Assembly (NCBI RefSeq): GCF_036321535.1
Contig: NC_087436.1
Span: forward strand, 116,500,001-116,564,000
Length of the DNA stretch: 64,000 nt
DNA from: Camelus dromedarius
Taxonomy: Eukaryota
Reading direction: 5' to 3'
Within the stretch, counting starts at the first letter, position 1. The number at the start of each line of letters is the position of its first letter. Under the pieces are notes generated by a model. The model made no database searches. It was not told the origin of the DNA and saw nothing but the letters and a program-made list of their open reading frames with translations. Shown here piece by piece: positions 25,121-38,288 of this stretch. A program made the position numbers and the translations under genes.

Positions 25121-25339
25121 GCACCCTCCTTCACTGGTTTCTAAGGCTGTCCACCTTTTCCCTCTTTACCTTCCTTCCCCTGACTCCACTGTGTTCCATC
25201 TAAATCAACTATTGTGCTCAGCACAGGTGGGATGTAATCATGGTTTCCTTCTGAGAAGTTGACCTTGGCAGGATTCCCAACTCTGCTGCTATTGTAGAGG
25301 AAGAGGGAAATCAATGCAGTGTTTAACCATTTGAAAATT

Positions 25340-25520
25340 ATCAGACTTCCTGGATGAATGTCCAGCTCCAATGCTTATAACTACCTTAACTTGAATTATT
25401 GTGTCAAAATTCCCTCATCAGTAAAACAATGCCTACCTGAGAGGCTTCTCTGGGGATTAAATGAATAACCAGAGATTAGCACAGTATTTGGCATGTAGTA
25501 AGCTCTTAAAAAATGTTAGC
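25340..25520 (+). mobile_element. MIR
   Basis: cctcatcagtaaaa...ggggattaaatgaataa...tggcatgtagtaagctc. Confidence 0.75.
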
Positions 25521-25529
25521 ATAAAAGGC

Positions 25530-26425
25530 CGATAAATGGGACCTCTTCTCTCTGCCCAAAGACCACAACAGTGGGTGCCAATCAGCCAGATCCTAAAATA
25601 AAGGCTGGGCCATATTCAATACAGAACTGTATAGATAAGATTGTCCATCACCCACTTCAAAAGAATAAAGGGTTCGAGTGGAAGAGCAGGTGAGAAAGGT
25701 TTCCTTTTAAGGGAGTGTCTGTGGGGATTGTGTGCTACTTCCCCAGAACCCACAAGGAAGAAGGAAGTACTGGCCCCTTACTTCAGACCAAGTGGAGGGC
25801 TTCAGAAGAGCACTAAGGCTCCTCTGAGTTACAGGACCTGGGAAATATGTGGCCTTTACCCAGAGAAGACCTAAGGTGGGAGTGCTGTGTCCAGGACTAT
25901 CCCTGAATTAAGGGACCTGTGGGTAGAAGCCTCTAGGAGGAAGACCTCTGAAATGTGTCCTTAAATGGGACTCCTGGAGAGACAGACAGAAAGCCAGTGT
26001 GCTGTAGGAACCACACTTGACCGCATGTCCTCCCATCACGTTGGCCAAGTTACCTCAGGCCCTTTTCCCTTACACCCTCTCCTCCTATATTTGATCGTAG
26101 AAGGAACAGAAACCTAGACTAGAGAGAGTAGGAGCAGTGGTGGGGAGACAGAAGAGATGCTCACTGCCCATGTACCACCCAAGGCTTCCAAGCCTGAAGG
26201 TGGCCTGACTCAGGCAGGGGAAGAATATAAATTTGAATAAGGCTTGGGTTTTGATGTTCACACCAGTGTAGACATTTGAATTACTTGGAAGGATTTAGAA
26301 GGATTTGAACTTCGACTTACCTCCAGAATATCTGGGAATGGCTGAGACTTTGTCTGGGGCAGGGAATCACAGGACCATGGAAAGACCTTTCTCACATAGG
26401 AGGGAGTCAATAAATTTCAAACTGC
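25530..26425 (+). mobile_element. Ancient LTR (LTR78-like)
   Basis: ggggaagaatataaatttgaataaggcttgggttttgat and downstream blocks resemble LTR78 (from memory); AATAAA at ~26409. Confidence 0.45.
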
Positions 26426-27309
26426 TAGCACCTTTTTGGCACCTTTCTCAGGGGAGGTATAGTGACTTCTCTCAGTGATACATTTGCAAGAATTAAGTGG
26501 GCATGCTCTATTTATCTCCCCCCATTGGGAGCAAGCTCTCCAGAGGACAGGACTTCTGCCCCTCCAGGTGGTGAGTCTTACCTGGGCAGCACCCCACCCA
26601 CCCCTGCTACGGCTACCCATCCTGGGCCAGCATACCTGTGGCAGTTAGGGGGGTCTGTTTAAATCAGGACTTCGCTTCTCTGGTGCATCCGGCTCTCAGT
26701 CTCAGCTAAGCCTCGCGATCATCCTGCAACGTGGAGGCCCTATGTCAGTCTCTGTGTATTTACTCTCTTGTCTTACTCTCTTATGAGATGCGCTGGGTCC
26801 CCTGGATACATCAGCGATCCACAGGGTGAGGTTAATGGGCAGACGTGATACAAACTAAAGATAGTCTCTGACTGTAACCAACCCAGCCCAGCATTGTTGA
26901 ATAAATGCTTGCATTTGACCACTGTGACTATTACAACTTGTATTAGTACCTGTAAGATCCTAAATAAGGTCCCCGTTCCTTTCCCATACCTTTGTTTTTC
27001 CTAAGAGCAGTTTCCACCTCTGTCCTATTTCCTCTTCTGGATTTAATTCAGTGGCATCCTGGTCTACAAAGCCTCTCCTAACTCACTCCACTCTACACCC
27101 TCCATCCAAATTATATGATATTTCTCCATAAATCTTACTTAGAAGACTTAGTCTACATGGCTCTTACATTACTAGTCACACCTGACTTTGAAACATATAA
27201 ACCCATTGAACACAAGTTCTTTGATGACCAGCTCAGCTCAGCCTCATCCGTGTGTCCCCGCAGTAAGACTCTCACATACAATGGGGGTTCAGTGTTTGCT
27301 GAAACTGAC

Positions 27310-27505
27310 TGATGTGACACTGACTCTGCATCATGCACAGCTTTGGGCTTCAGACAGATCTCACTTAAGCCCTCGACTTTGCTTCTTCTTTGGTGTTCTT
27401 GTGCGGGAACTAGTAGTCCCTGGGTCTCAGTTTATGTTACAGGGCAAATTAAATGCTTTGTGTTAAACGTCAAGTGCCGTACCTGGTCTTGACACTCAAT
27501 AGAAT
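27310..27505 (+). mobile_element. MIR
   Basis: gctttgggcttcagacagatc...cctgggtctcagttt. Confidence 0.55.
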
Positions 27506-27729
27506 GTATTTCCACTTCCATCTTGATTGGGGAAAAAACAGAAAAGACATTTTCAGTATTTGACTGGTTCTTCGACAAAAATATTCCTCCAAAGAGCATT
27601 TAAATCTATTGCCCCTTTAGTCCTGACTACCAAAGAAACCCTTTAAAGAAGATGAGGGTAGGAACAGGTCCGTGACACCCTTTCTTCCCAAGGTGAGCTA
27701 ACGCATCACCAAAGAGACAAACTCTCCAA

Positions 27730-27945
27730 GAAGCATTGTAGCACATGGGCTCTACTCAGCTGGTCCAGACTTTAAAGTCACAGACCCTGTGGAATCCCAG
27801 CCCAGCCTGGCTGCTCTCTCTGTAAAATTAGACCAGCGCCAATCACAATAGCAACCTGTTTCACAGGATTTTGTGAACATGTATGGATATAAGATCTACA
27901 TCATGCTTAGACACCACAAAATGTACCTATTAACATCAGTATTAT
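27730..27945 (+). mobile_element. MIR
   Basis: agactttaaagtcacagacc...ctgtaaaat...cacaggattttgtgaacat. Confidence 0.6.
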
Positions 27946-28349
27946 AAGAAGGATGTCTCAGATCTCCCCTCTGAGCTAGGCTGAGGCTCTTCTGATTATC
28001 CCCTGTCTTTATCTTTATGTGTTATACTTTTATGATACTTTTATAATTTGCATTGTGTTTTCACTTCCTGTCTATTAGAGTTAAAAGATTGTGTAAATAT
28101 GGAAATTAAGAAAAATGTCTCATTACCGATAACTAGGATCCCTTTTGCTCTTCTAACTAGAAAAAGCCAGACGCAAGAACAACCCTCAGTATGATCTGTG
28201 GTTTGACCCTCATGCTTCATGCATAATTTGATGTTAACAGCTGATGAAAATGTGAAGTAATGTCTAGCATTATAAACATCTGCATAAAATATAAAGCTGA
28301 AAACAAACATTAGGTGGACCTAGCTGGGGACAGCAGAATCCTATGGTTT

Positions 28350-28520
28350 TCAAGTCCTAGGTCCCCAGTCATATAACTGAACATATCTGTAGTTTCTAAA
28401 TCTGTTTGGATGAGAAGAAGAATAGTTACCTCACAGGGTGGTGATGAGATTTAAAGGAAATAATGTATGTGAAAGTACTTGTTAAATTCTGAGATGCTAT
28501 AAAGTGGTAACATGTGTTCC
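28350..28520 (+). mobile_element. MIR
   Basis: tacctcacagggtggtgatgagatttaaaggaaataatgtatgtgaaagtactt. Confidence 0.75.
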
Positions 28521-28844
28521 ACTTGTAAAGCCCTGCCCTCTCGTCTTCATAAATAACCAGAAAATGCATATAGGGTAGTAAAAAGTAAAGGCAGGCATAA
28601 GGGAAGGACTCTGACTGAATTCCCAACTCCACTGCTAGGGAAGCCAGTTGGTCCACCTTGCAGGTGAAATAAATATTAAAAGAACAATCAGAAAGGATAC
28701 TGTACTCCTATATGAAGAATATGCTATTTCTACAGCCCCTTTAGACACTGAAGCTGTAGGATTCCATGCACTTACTATCTGCTTACAAATAAAACAGAAT
28801 GGAACACTTTTATAACAAATAATTCCACCAGCATTAATGAGATA

Positions 28845-29040
28845 GCACAATGTTGTATAGTAGTAGGAATTAAAAATAAACAAAGCCAAAGAACTCTGGT
28901 TTGAATCCTGGTCCCTCAACACACTAATTGACTTTGGAGGAAGTTATTAAATTTTCATAGCCTTGGTTGTCTTATTTGTAAAATGGAATAAAACACACTT
29001 CATGGGACTTCCGTGAGGGGATACAAATTCATGAGATAGT
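28845..29040 (+). mobile_element. MIR
   Basis: ggtttgaatcctggtc...gactttggaggaagttattaaa...cttatttgtaaaatggaataa. Confidence 0.75.
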
Positions 29041-30399
29041 TCATTCTAGTTCATTTGCTCTGCCCTTTTAAAAATATCCAGCGGGCATATGGCAAATGAA
29101 ATACTGAACCCCCTTAGTTCTGCCTGGTTGGAGACATTGGGAGTCAGGGAGCTAATAAAGATCTCTTGGCGTCAAGGTTAAAATCAAGCCCTTTGTGTTC
29201 AATATGAGTGATGGACACAGAGCTAATGACTAAGTTAGAAAAGACCCTTGTTTTGGTGGTGTAAAATTCCAGACACATTCTGCACTCTGCACTGCCAGGA
29301 ACCGTGCAAGCAGAATGTTGCGGAAACAACAGGATTAATCCTCACCGGAGGACATTAGCCTTTAGTCCCCACAGGAAGCCTGCTTTCTGTGGATTGTTCT
29401 GGGAAGGAGGAAAATGTGATGTTTTTCTTGGGGGGTAGGGGGACTCAAGCCTTTCCCCTCTTTGAAGCCTAAGAGCATGAAAGTTGAGACTTGAACCCAT
29501 CTGAACAGCTCTTCCCAACATCCCAGCAGCCTCAGGCTCAGAGCACTGGTGGTTCCCCTTCCATCTCTTCCTCTCCATACTGGACAAACCTCACGGGGAA
29601 CTCCCAACCCATCTGTCTGATTTCTGAGCCAATGGGCCATCGGTCTTCACCCTGGGCTGGGAACCCAGGACATATACAGGGCAATCCATTAGAATGCAAC
29701 GATAAATTAGTAGGTCTTTGATTTATGCTTAGTTTTAGCTCATCTAGTGCTTGCTTTAAATTTTGTAACGTGAATAATATATTACCACAGTAGTATATCT
29801 GTATCATTTATAAATAAAGTTATATATTGCAGTTGTGTTTTAATTACTATTGTAGGCAGAAACAAATAATATATAAACTACTAGAAATGTACAACAAAAT
29901 ATTTATGTCCTTAGACTGTAGTCTCTTTAAAAGCCAAGATGAGGGCATTCATCCTTGAATTACAATGTCTGACTGTCTAAAACGATGGAGGGATGAGTGA
30001 AATCATGCACATACAATGGGCAAACTTCTGTTCCAGGCACTTGGGTTACAGAGACATATAATATTGAGAGGAGACAATCACATAAACAACCAACCAGAAG
30101 ACAGTGCGGGGAGTGCTTCATGTGAATTATAATTATAATGATGTGAATGCAAAGAGGAAATGATTTATTTTGTTAAGGTTAGGAGCAAGATTGGGTTAAT
30201 TCACATAACAGGGGGAAGTTGAACTGAGCTGTAAAAATTAAATAGGAATTTTTCACCTCTTTGGAGGAGCATTGCAGAAAAGAGAGGAGAATGGATTTGG
30301 AGAATTTATAATTATCTGTAACTTCCAGTAATTAACACAGGGTCAGTTACATTGGGATGGCTACACGAGGGTCACCATTTCTTAACATGTATTTATTAG

Positions 30400-31087
30400 A
30401 ATCCCTGAAGTTATTACTAATAAGGACTACACCTAATTGACTAAGAAAAGTAAGTTTTAACTTATGCTACTTAGAACCATACAGATTAGGAGGAGGGGGG
30501 AGGGTATAGCTCAGTGTTAAAGTGCACGCTTAACGTGCATGAGGTTCTGATTTCAATCCCCAGTACCTCCATTAAAATGATAAATAAATAAAGCTAGTTA
30601 CCTCCCCACTAAGCAAACAATTTTTTATAAGAGGCAACAATATATTAAAAAAAAAAGAGATTAGGAGGGTTTCAGTCATAGTTTGAGTCAGAGGTTTACA
30701 TTGTTATCAAGATTTCCGCTTTATTTCTCTTAGAAACTCTGAACTCTGCCTTCTACTATGGTTTCATCCTCAGGGTGGCTTCTTATCAATATTAGCTATG
30801 ACAATTTAAAGCCTCATTTGTACAACCTTCAAACTTCAGCGGCAGAGAAAGCCCCTGTATCCCAGAAGCATAAGCACGAGTTCCAATTCTAGCCCTAGCT
30901 GCACTAGCTTAGATCACATGTCCATCCTGAATCAGACGTCAGTCAAATACAATGCCTGACTCTTGGAGACAGGTGGGGAGTCAGCTTCTCTAAGGCCACA
31001 CAGGTCCCCAAGCGGAAATCAAGGCATTTCCAACAAAGAAAATGAGGAAGTTGACACTGCTGGGGCAACCAACAGAGGTCTACTACA
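30400..31087 (-). mobile_element. Old MaLR LTR (MLT1K/L-like), interrupted by a SINE
   Basis: ggtttcatcctcagggtggct...gcttagatcacatgtccatcctgaatca...gaggtctactaca. Confidence 0.7.
30494..30657 (+). mobile_element. Camelid tRNA-derived SINE (Vic-1-like)
   Basis: ggggagggtatagctcagtg (A box), gatttcaatccccagtacctcc (B box), A-rich tail; 11-bp TSD agattaggagg at 30483-30493 and 30658-30668. Confidence 0.92.
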
Positions 31088-32639
31088 TGCAGCGCAACCC
31101 CGTTCAGTGTCTGGCGAAGAGTGAGGGCATCGATTTTGCACATTGTGAAGGCAAATTAACCTGAAGGGTTTTTTTTTAATTTAATCTCCTGAAATTTCTC
31201 ATTCATTTTTTTCTCTATTTCACTCTATTTTGCCTCATCTCTGAAATAAAACGTCTTCAGTGAAGACATACAGCTCTCACTTACCAAGGTGCTGAGGAAC
31301 TGAGCTTCCTTTGTTTCTACTTCTTTTCTCTTTTCTTTTCTTTTTTTTTAAACTTTTTAGAAAACTAAAACCTAAGTAACTAAATCACACTCAAAGCCAC
31401 CGTATTATCCTCTGCCTTCCGTGTCTGCTTACGATATCGTTATCTTTCCCTCTGAGAAACAGATATTTGCTTTATCTTGTATAAAACCAGCCTGAGTCCC
31501 TGAACAAAGTGCAAGTATATAATAACCATTTTGTTAGACAGAGATCGGCTTAAAATACACTGCTTCTTTATGGAGAAATGAAAACATCCCCAAAAGGAAT
31601 CCAACTGGAGCAGTACTGTCCATAATAGAGTCTAAACCCGTTTGTATGGTCTACCCTTGTCTTGAATCCAGTTCTCACCCTTGAGCATAAGTCTACGCAT
31701 CACAAATGAATCTCACAGTTTCCATCCAGGGGACTTGTTTTGTACGTCAGTCCACTGGCTTCCTCCTTTATTCTGCTCTATTCTTAGCCCAAGGTTGCTT
31801 GACATTCAATAAATATTAAATGTGGCAATAATAATGATGATGGTGACCAAATCAATAAATAAAAAGAAATAATCCTTTTTAAGCCTTTCCAGATTGTCTA
31901 CACTTTTTAAGATTTAAGAATAAAATAAAAGTCGTCTTTGGGGGTCTTCTGGCCTCTTCATAAGTTATTAAGTCTACTTGATTTTCCAAAGTCCAAGGAT
32001 AAAGCTCTAGTTGAGTAAGATCACTTCTGAATGGACACAGGGCCCACTCAGAGACCACGTTAATAATATTCTTGGGGGTGGAAACAGCATATTTGGCATC
32101 TGCAGTTTCAGATATAATTGAGTCTTCTCTCTTGCACAGACCTCTGCTAACGTAGCATTAAACTCACGGGCATTATTGTCTTGAGCATTTTTCACTGGGC
32201 TGTGACTGTTTAAACAATAGCCACAGCACATGCTGTTGTACACTTCTCACTCCAGGCGCAGAGGCTAACATATAGTAGGCGTTCATTAAACGTGTGCTTA
32301 CAGTGACTTAAACCTCAAAAATGCAAAACTTGTGAAAAGCAATACTTTAATGGTATATTATTAACATTTTTGGTAACAAATTGAAGATTTTTTTTTAATA
32401 TTAAGTATCCATTAGGAAATTAAATATTATAAGGCTAGAAGAAAAAACTACTTTAATTTTTTTGTAACATTTCTTACGTACTCAAATGTACAAGACATTG
32501 AGTGAGAAGAAAGAGTTATAAAGATGACTTAAGACATTATTCCTATACTTGAATAGCGTGTTTATAGTCACATAAACAAGCATGCATACTCACATCCCCT
32601 AAGTTCATTGAGAGGCTATTAGACGCGGATATGTTTACA

Positions 32640-32790
32640 TACACGCTATTATGTTTTTCAAACTTCTCAACAACTGTGAAAGTTACGTATTGCTATTTAC
32701 TATTCTGACTTTAATTATGGAGGAGTGGGGAATTAGAAGGGCTGAGTGACTGGACCAGGACTGCTTATCTTGTAAGACATGGGCAGACAG
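32640..32790 (-). mobile_element. MIR fragment
   Basis: cttctcaacaactgtgaaagtt...agaagggctgagtgactggaccagg. Confidence 0.5.
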
Positions 32791-32923
32791 ACATAGAGGA
32801 ACCTTTTGAGATGGGGCAACAGAGTCTTGTCCATTAGGACTCTATTCTTGCAGCAAAACTTCTCCTTCTTAATGTGATTTAGTCCCCACCACGTTTCATG
32901 TCAGAGCTGTTTCTTTCTCCAGC

Positions 32924-33133
32924 TCGATGGTTTACAGCTGGAGGTGATTCTGCTTCCTCCTCAGGGGACGTTGGGCAATGTCTGGAGAGATTTTTGATTG
33001 TCACCACAGGAGGAAAGAGCATTACTGATCAAGCCAGGGAGGCTGCTAGACACTCTACAGTGTCAGAGGACGGACCTCCGCAACAAGGATTAATCTGATC
33101 CCATGTCCCCCGTGCGAAGGCTGAGACATCCTG
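32924..33133 (+). mobile_element. MER20 hAT-Charlie MITE
   Basis: caggggacgttgggcaatgtctggagagatttttgattgtcacc...ccagggaggctgctagaca...ggctgagacatcctg. Confidence 0.9.
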
Positions 33134-33254
33134 TTCCTCTGTAGATCCATCACTTTGCCCCAGGAATCCACCCCCCTCCAGCCTCTCTGCTAACCTGACT
33201 CCAAACTGTACGTCTCATTCTTGCTGCCGGTTTTGTCATTTTAAGGGTTTCAGC

Positions 33255-33400
33255 TTGGTCACTTGTTGGGACGAGTTATTTAAATGTTCTGAGCCTCAGT
33301 TACTTAGAAGCACACTCAGCCGCTCTGAGCTTTATTTCCTCGTCTTTGACGGTTTCTTATGAAAATTAAATGAGATGATGTGGAGGCAGCTTTGTCACTT
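33255..33400 (+). mobile_element. MIR fragments
   Basis: ttctgagcctcagtt; ctctgagctttatttcctcgtct; attaaatgagatgatgt. Confidence 0.6.
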
Positions 33401-33929
33401 TCACTCCAAGTTCTTTTTGCAGAAACACACTTGCCGTCGTCCCGTCAAGCACAAGAGAAAGACGTCTCTTCCTACGCACAGTTAATGAGACTAAACATGT
33501 TTAAAAAGCCGGTTCTCATTACACAAATCAAAATGCTCGCTCAACCTCTTCTATAAATGCTCTGCAAAGGGTCTGAGTCTCAGCCTCCAGTGTTTGTGTT
33601 TTACATGTTAAAATAAGGTCCCAGCCTACAGTATCTGTTTTTTTTTTCCTCCTTCTCTTTTTAATAGCTATGTTTCCAGCTGGTTTTATTTAAGGCTAGG
33701 CTTTTGATCTCTTTTCAATTCTGGGCCTCGGTCCAAGTTGGCTGTCAATATTTCAAAAGCTCCCTTGGAGACAGCCTTGCTTGGAAGATGGCCCCATGCC
33801 AACCAGAAGAACTGGTCTACCCTACTCCGTCTGACACTTTGTTGAGTGTGCTGTGGTTTCAGGCTTGCCCTCATATCATGTGTCGTAGGAAAGGTGTCAG
33901 TCTGTAGCGATGCTGCCCAGGGCACTGTA

Positions 33930-34095
33930 AATTCATGGAATATTAGAGCTAGACGTGGCTGTACGATTCACTTAGTCCAACAGACTCACTTTACAAATGC
34001 AATGACTGAGGCTCAGAGAAGAGAAGAGTCTTACACAGAGACCTATTTCTGACTCTCCGCCCAGCACTTGATCCAACGGGCTCACACAGCTATGC
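33930..34095 (-). mobile_element. MIR/MIR3 fragment
   Basis: tagtccaacagactcactttacaaatgcaatgactgaggctcagagaag. Confidence 0.65.
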
Positions 34096-34199
34096 CACAA
34101 TAGCAATAAAACAATGAAATGAAGTAAAAAGCTGTCCCCTTACCTCCTGCCAATTTTTTCTTGCAGCTGAGCACTTACTAAGTACTTCTAAGTTGCTTT

Positions 34200-34555
34200 C
34201 AATCCTACACGTCACTATTCCTTTTCACCTTTCCACCCATACACCTGTCACTTCCATGTTCAAATAAGAAGGTTTTTCTAATACATAGCTATTTCCATTC
34301 CTCCCCCTGAGCATCCAGTTGTCTGCTTTCTGCCAGCTACTGCTCGTGTGGCCGTATCCTAAACTTGTCACCACCAATACCCCTCTGATAGCATGAGTAG
34401 GGCAGCATCCTATCCCGAGTCCTCACCTTGATCTCTCACCTCATTCAGCCTTATGATCCCTTATCCAGTGATTAATCCTTGCAACTTTCTGACCACCAAT
34501 CCATTAACCAATTCCTTTCCACTATTGATCCTCCCATGTCCTCTCTTCACATTTC
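34200..34555 (+). mobile_element. Probable L2 fragment
   Basis: C/T-rich; ggccgtatcctaaacttgtcaccacc resembles L2 ORF2. An L2 tail-like piece lies at 35840-35960. Confidence 0.45.
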
Positions 34556-34561
34556 ATTCAG

Positions 34562-35790
34562 TAAAAGAACTTGACTACATAAAAGTACATTTTATGTATA
34601 TCCCTTCCCACCCTCTGCCCCCTTGGCAACCACAAGTTTGTATTCTATGTCTGTGAGTCTGTTTCTATTTTGTATTTATGCTTTGTTTGCTTGTTTTTGT
34701 TTTTTTGTTTTTTTGTTTTTTTGTTTTTTTAGATTCCACATATGAGCGATCTCATATGGCATTTTTCTTTCTCTTTCTGGCTTACTTCACTTAGAATGAC
34801 ATTCTCCAGGAACATCCATGTTGCTGCAAATGGCATTATGTTGTTGGTTTTTATGGCTGAGTGGTATTCCAAAGTTGGCCTGGAAAAATGCCACAAAAAA
34901 AAAAAAAAACAAAAGGAAATTGACATCCTGGTAAAAATATTTACAGTGTGTATCATAGACTTAATGGCGAATGTCCTAAATGTGAGATGATCTCCTAAAA
35001 CTCAGTAAAAAATAAAAAATTACCAAGGACCTAATAGAAAAATAGATAAAGGGTGTGCAGAGTCTGTTTAAGATAGAAAAGCTCCTAATAGGAAATAAAC
35101 CCCCTCAACATATCACTCATAGTGAATCTACAAAAAATTATCACTTTTAAGCCTAATTTGTAAGCACAAAAATCTAAAAGTATCATAATATTTACGTATG
35201 GAGAAACACTTTTATAGATTGCTGGTAAAAGCTTATATTGGTTAAACTTCAGGGGAAAAGAGAAATTTCTATTAAATTAAACCCAAATAAATTTTGACTC
35301 AGCAATTTCTATTTAGGAAGTTGCTTTACAGATCAATTTTCACATGTGTGAGATGATATTTCCTCAGCAATATTCAATGTTGCTTTGTTTTCTAACAGAC
35401 TGGATATGACCTAAAATTCTATGCATGTAGACTTAATCAAATAAATCCAGATCTCTCCATTCTATGTTATATTAAGCAACCATGAAAAAGAATGACAGCT
35501 CTATATGCTGATTAAGAATGATCTGTACACATATTTTTATATGAGAAAAACTAGATGCAGAACCATGCATTTGTATATACTGTTTGTGGAGAAAGTTTTA
35601 AAGCATCACATGTGTGGTTTCATAGACATGGACTGTCTATAGAACACCGCACAAAAAATTGACAGTTGTCTCTGGAGAAGTGGTGAGTTGAAAACTTGCA
35701 TGAGGGCAGGGAGGGTAGCGCATTACTTTTCCCTGTATTCTCTTTTGTCCCCTTGAATTTTGAAACATACATGTTATCAAAAAAAATCAA
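34562..35790 (+). mobile_element. Old L1 3' region (L1ME4-like), host of a young L1 fragment
   Basis: cttgactacataaaa...ctggtaaaaatatttaca...tttgactcagcaatttctatttagga...ccccttgaattttgaaac. Confidence 0.7.
34598..34871 (-). mobile_element. Young L1 internal fragment with no 3' end, poly-A or TSD
   Basis: Matches 45000-45240 (EYHSAIKTNNIMPFAATWMFLENVILSEVSQKEKEK) but stops at gggtgggaagggata. Confidence 0.92.
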
Positions 35791-37193
35791 AAAGAATTAC
35801 TAAACTAATAAACAAATGATGTAGCACCTTAGTGACTTTCTTACAACTCTGTTTTATTTCTGCATAGCACTTACTGTTTATAATCGCCCTCTTCAGATGG
35901 TTATTATGAATCTCCACCTAGAGCGAAAGCCAAGTAAGGATAGAAACCGTGTCTGTAAGATCCTCCCATAAGCCCTTTGTGAATCAAAGGTCTAGGTCTC
36001 CCTGAATGGACGCAGGCTCCACACTCAAAGGCACACTCTGGAGTATGGAGAACCGTGGAATTTCTGCCCGTGCTTGGACCTTTGTCTGGTGACTCTCATG
36101 CAAAGAATAATCATACAAAAGCCTTTGCTGCCATACTACCTCTCTAGCTTGTTTACATGCTTCCCCAAACATTTAGAGCAGAGTCTTCTTTGTAGCAGAA
36201 GCTCAGGGTATATTTGTAAAGCGGATAAATATACAAGACGTAGTGTTGAACTCACTGGGAACATAAATTGCTAAGCAGAAAACATTCTGAGGCAAGCACA
36301 GGGCTTACTTCATTCATTTCCTTTCTCACAGTGATGACTTTGCCTGATGCTCTGTGTCTCGAAAGCCATTGTAGCATTTTTTAAGTTGTTGGTTGATCTA
36401 GGAAAGAGGGTAGGACTGTTCTTACCATTCCACCTTGATCAGATGTGGAAGGCTCTCCAGACTGATTCTGAACTGCAGTTAAATTATATTATTTTTACCA
36501 TAAGCTTGGCACTTAATTTATGCTCGGATCAAACTAAGAGTTAGTGATAAAAAAAAAAAAAAAACTTTTCCTAAAAAAGGATAACATGATGGGATTGTTT
36601 TGAAAAACTATATATTTTATATATACATACATATCTGCCCCATTAACCAGAATATTTTAAACCAGTTATTCTAGTGCAAAATTGTCCTCAGATTTTAGAT
36701 AAATATGCAAGATTTAGCTTTCTCTCTTAACAATCTTTCTATTATCACTTTATCATTTCTTTTAATGTTGATCTTTCCTTTCATCTCTCTTATTACTCTT
36801 ATTTTTGTTATTGTTGTTGTTTGGTTTTGTTTTCATTTCTTGGAGATCTGACACCTGGCAGTACCAGCCTTCCCTTCTTTACCACACTCGTGGCTTCTTA
36901 TTTTATTTCTTCTCAAGGAAATCATATATCCAAACTGGTAAGTAATATAAGGTTTTGATTTAACAATACAAAACATAATCTTTTGTTCCCAAGTCACAAA
37001 GTAGCTCAATATTTCTCCTACAGAGCAAAGTACACTGGTGTGACAGTCCATGAGGAAAACTTGGTCACTTATATCTAGGTTGGGAACTATGACCAATGTG
37101 GTTGAAAAAGAGTACTGAAGTGAAGAATGCAGTAGAATTAAAGTCAAAGACCTTGATTTTTGTTCTGAGTCTCATTTATTTACTATAAAACCT

Positions 37194-37425
37194 TCTATAA
37201 TTTTATATATAGCAATGTGTATTTGTTAATCCCAAAGTCCTAACATAAAATAAAGAACAAGGACCTACTGTATAGCACAAGGAACTATATTCAATTTCCT
37301 GTAATGAGCTGTAACAGAAAAGAAACTAAATATGTATGTATGTATATATAAAACTGAATCGCTTTCCTGTACACCTGAAACTAACACTGTAAATAGACTA
37401 CACTTCAATAAAAAATAAGAATTAA
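37194..37425 (+). mobile_element. Artiodactyl-type L1 3' end with a short 5' inversion (37194-37243), inserted in a MIR
   Basis: Sense aacaaggacctactgtatagcac...cttcaataaaaaa preceded by the antisense of ttaggactttgggattaacaaatacac; TSD aaaacct at 37187-37193 and 37426-37432. Confidence 0.85.
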
Positions 37426-37936
37426 AAAACCTCTTACAAGACACTTAATGCTATTGAAACTAATTTTCTGCATTACATTAGACATTATTATTTTCATCAT
37501 ACAAGGCTTTAGCAAGAATTTATTTATCCTTTGCAAAACATTTGTTGAAAGTTCATAGGCATTGTATTACTGGTTGGAATAAATTATTAAAAGAGACAGC
37601 ATATGTGAGTCTAGGGCATAGAAACCATTCAATAAAGTATAAAAGCAAGGTTTATTGGAAAGCCAGAGGATTAAGTGGTTAAGTCTAGTCGAAGAGACTT
37701 ACAAGGTCTTTAGGGAAAAGGTGATTACATAAGCAGGACCTTGAAAGATGAGATAGGACTTTGATTTCCTAAAAAGAATAGGAAGACATGTTTATTCAAA
37801 GTATATTTATTAAGCAATTACTGTGTTCCAGTGCTCTAGATGCCATGAATATAGCCATTGACAAAAGAATGTAGCCCCTAATGAAACGTACATTCTAATG
37901 GTAGAGGTAGACAATAAACAAAATAAGTTTATATAC

Positions 37937-38288
37937 TGCATTAGTCCCTTCCTACTGCTATAACAAAATACCATAAGCTGGGTAGCTTATAAAAAAAACA
38001 GAAATGTATTTCTCACAGTTCTGAAGGCTGGGAAGTCCAAGATCAAGGCACTCGTGATTTCTCATGAAAGCCTGTTTCCTAGACGGTGCCTCTTAGGTGC
38101 AACCTCACACAGCAGGAGTGAACAAGCCCTCGGGGGTCTTTTCTCTAAGGGCACTAATCCCAATCATGAAGGCTCTGCTCACATGACCTAATTACATCAC
38201 AAAGTCCCATCTACTAATACTATCACCTAGAAGTTAGAATTTCAGTGTATGAATCTTGAGAAGACACACAAATTCAGACTGAAGCTCA
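37937..38288 (-). mobile_element. MLT1A-type MaLR solo LTR, followed by (CA)n to 38315
   Basis: ctgctataacaaaataccataagctgggtagcttata...aagggcactaatcccaatcatgaaggctctgc. Confidence 0.9.
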
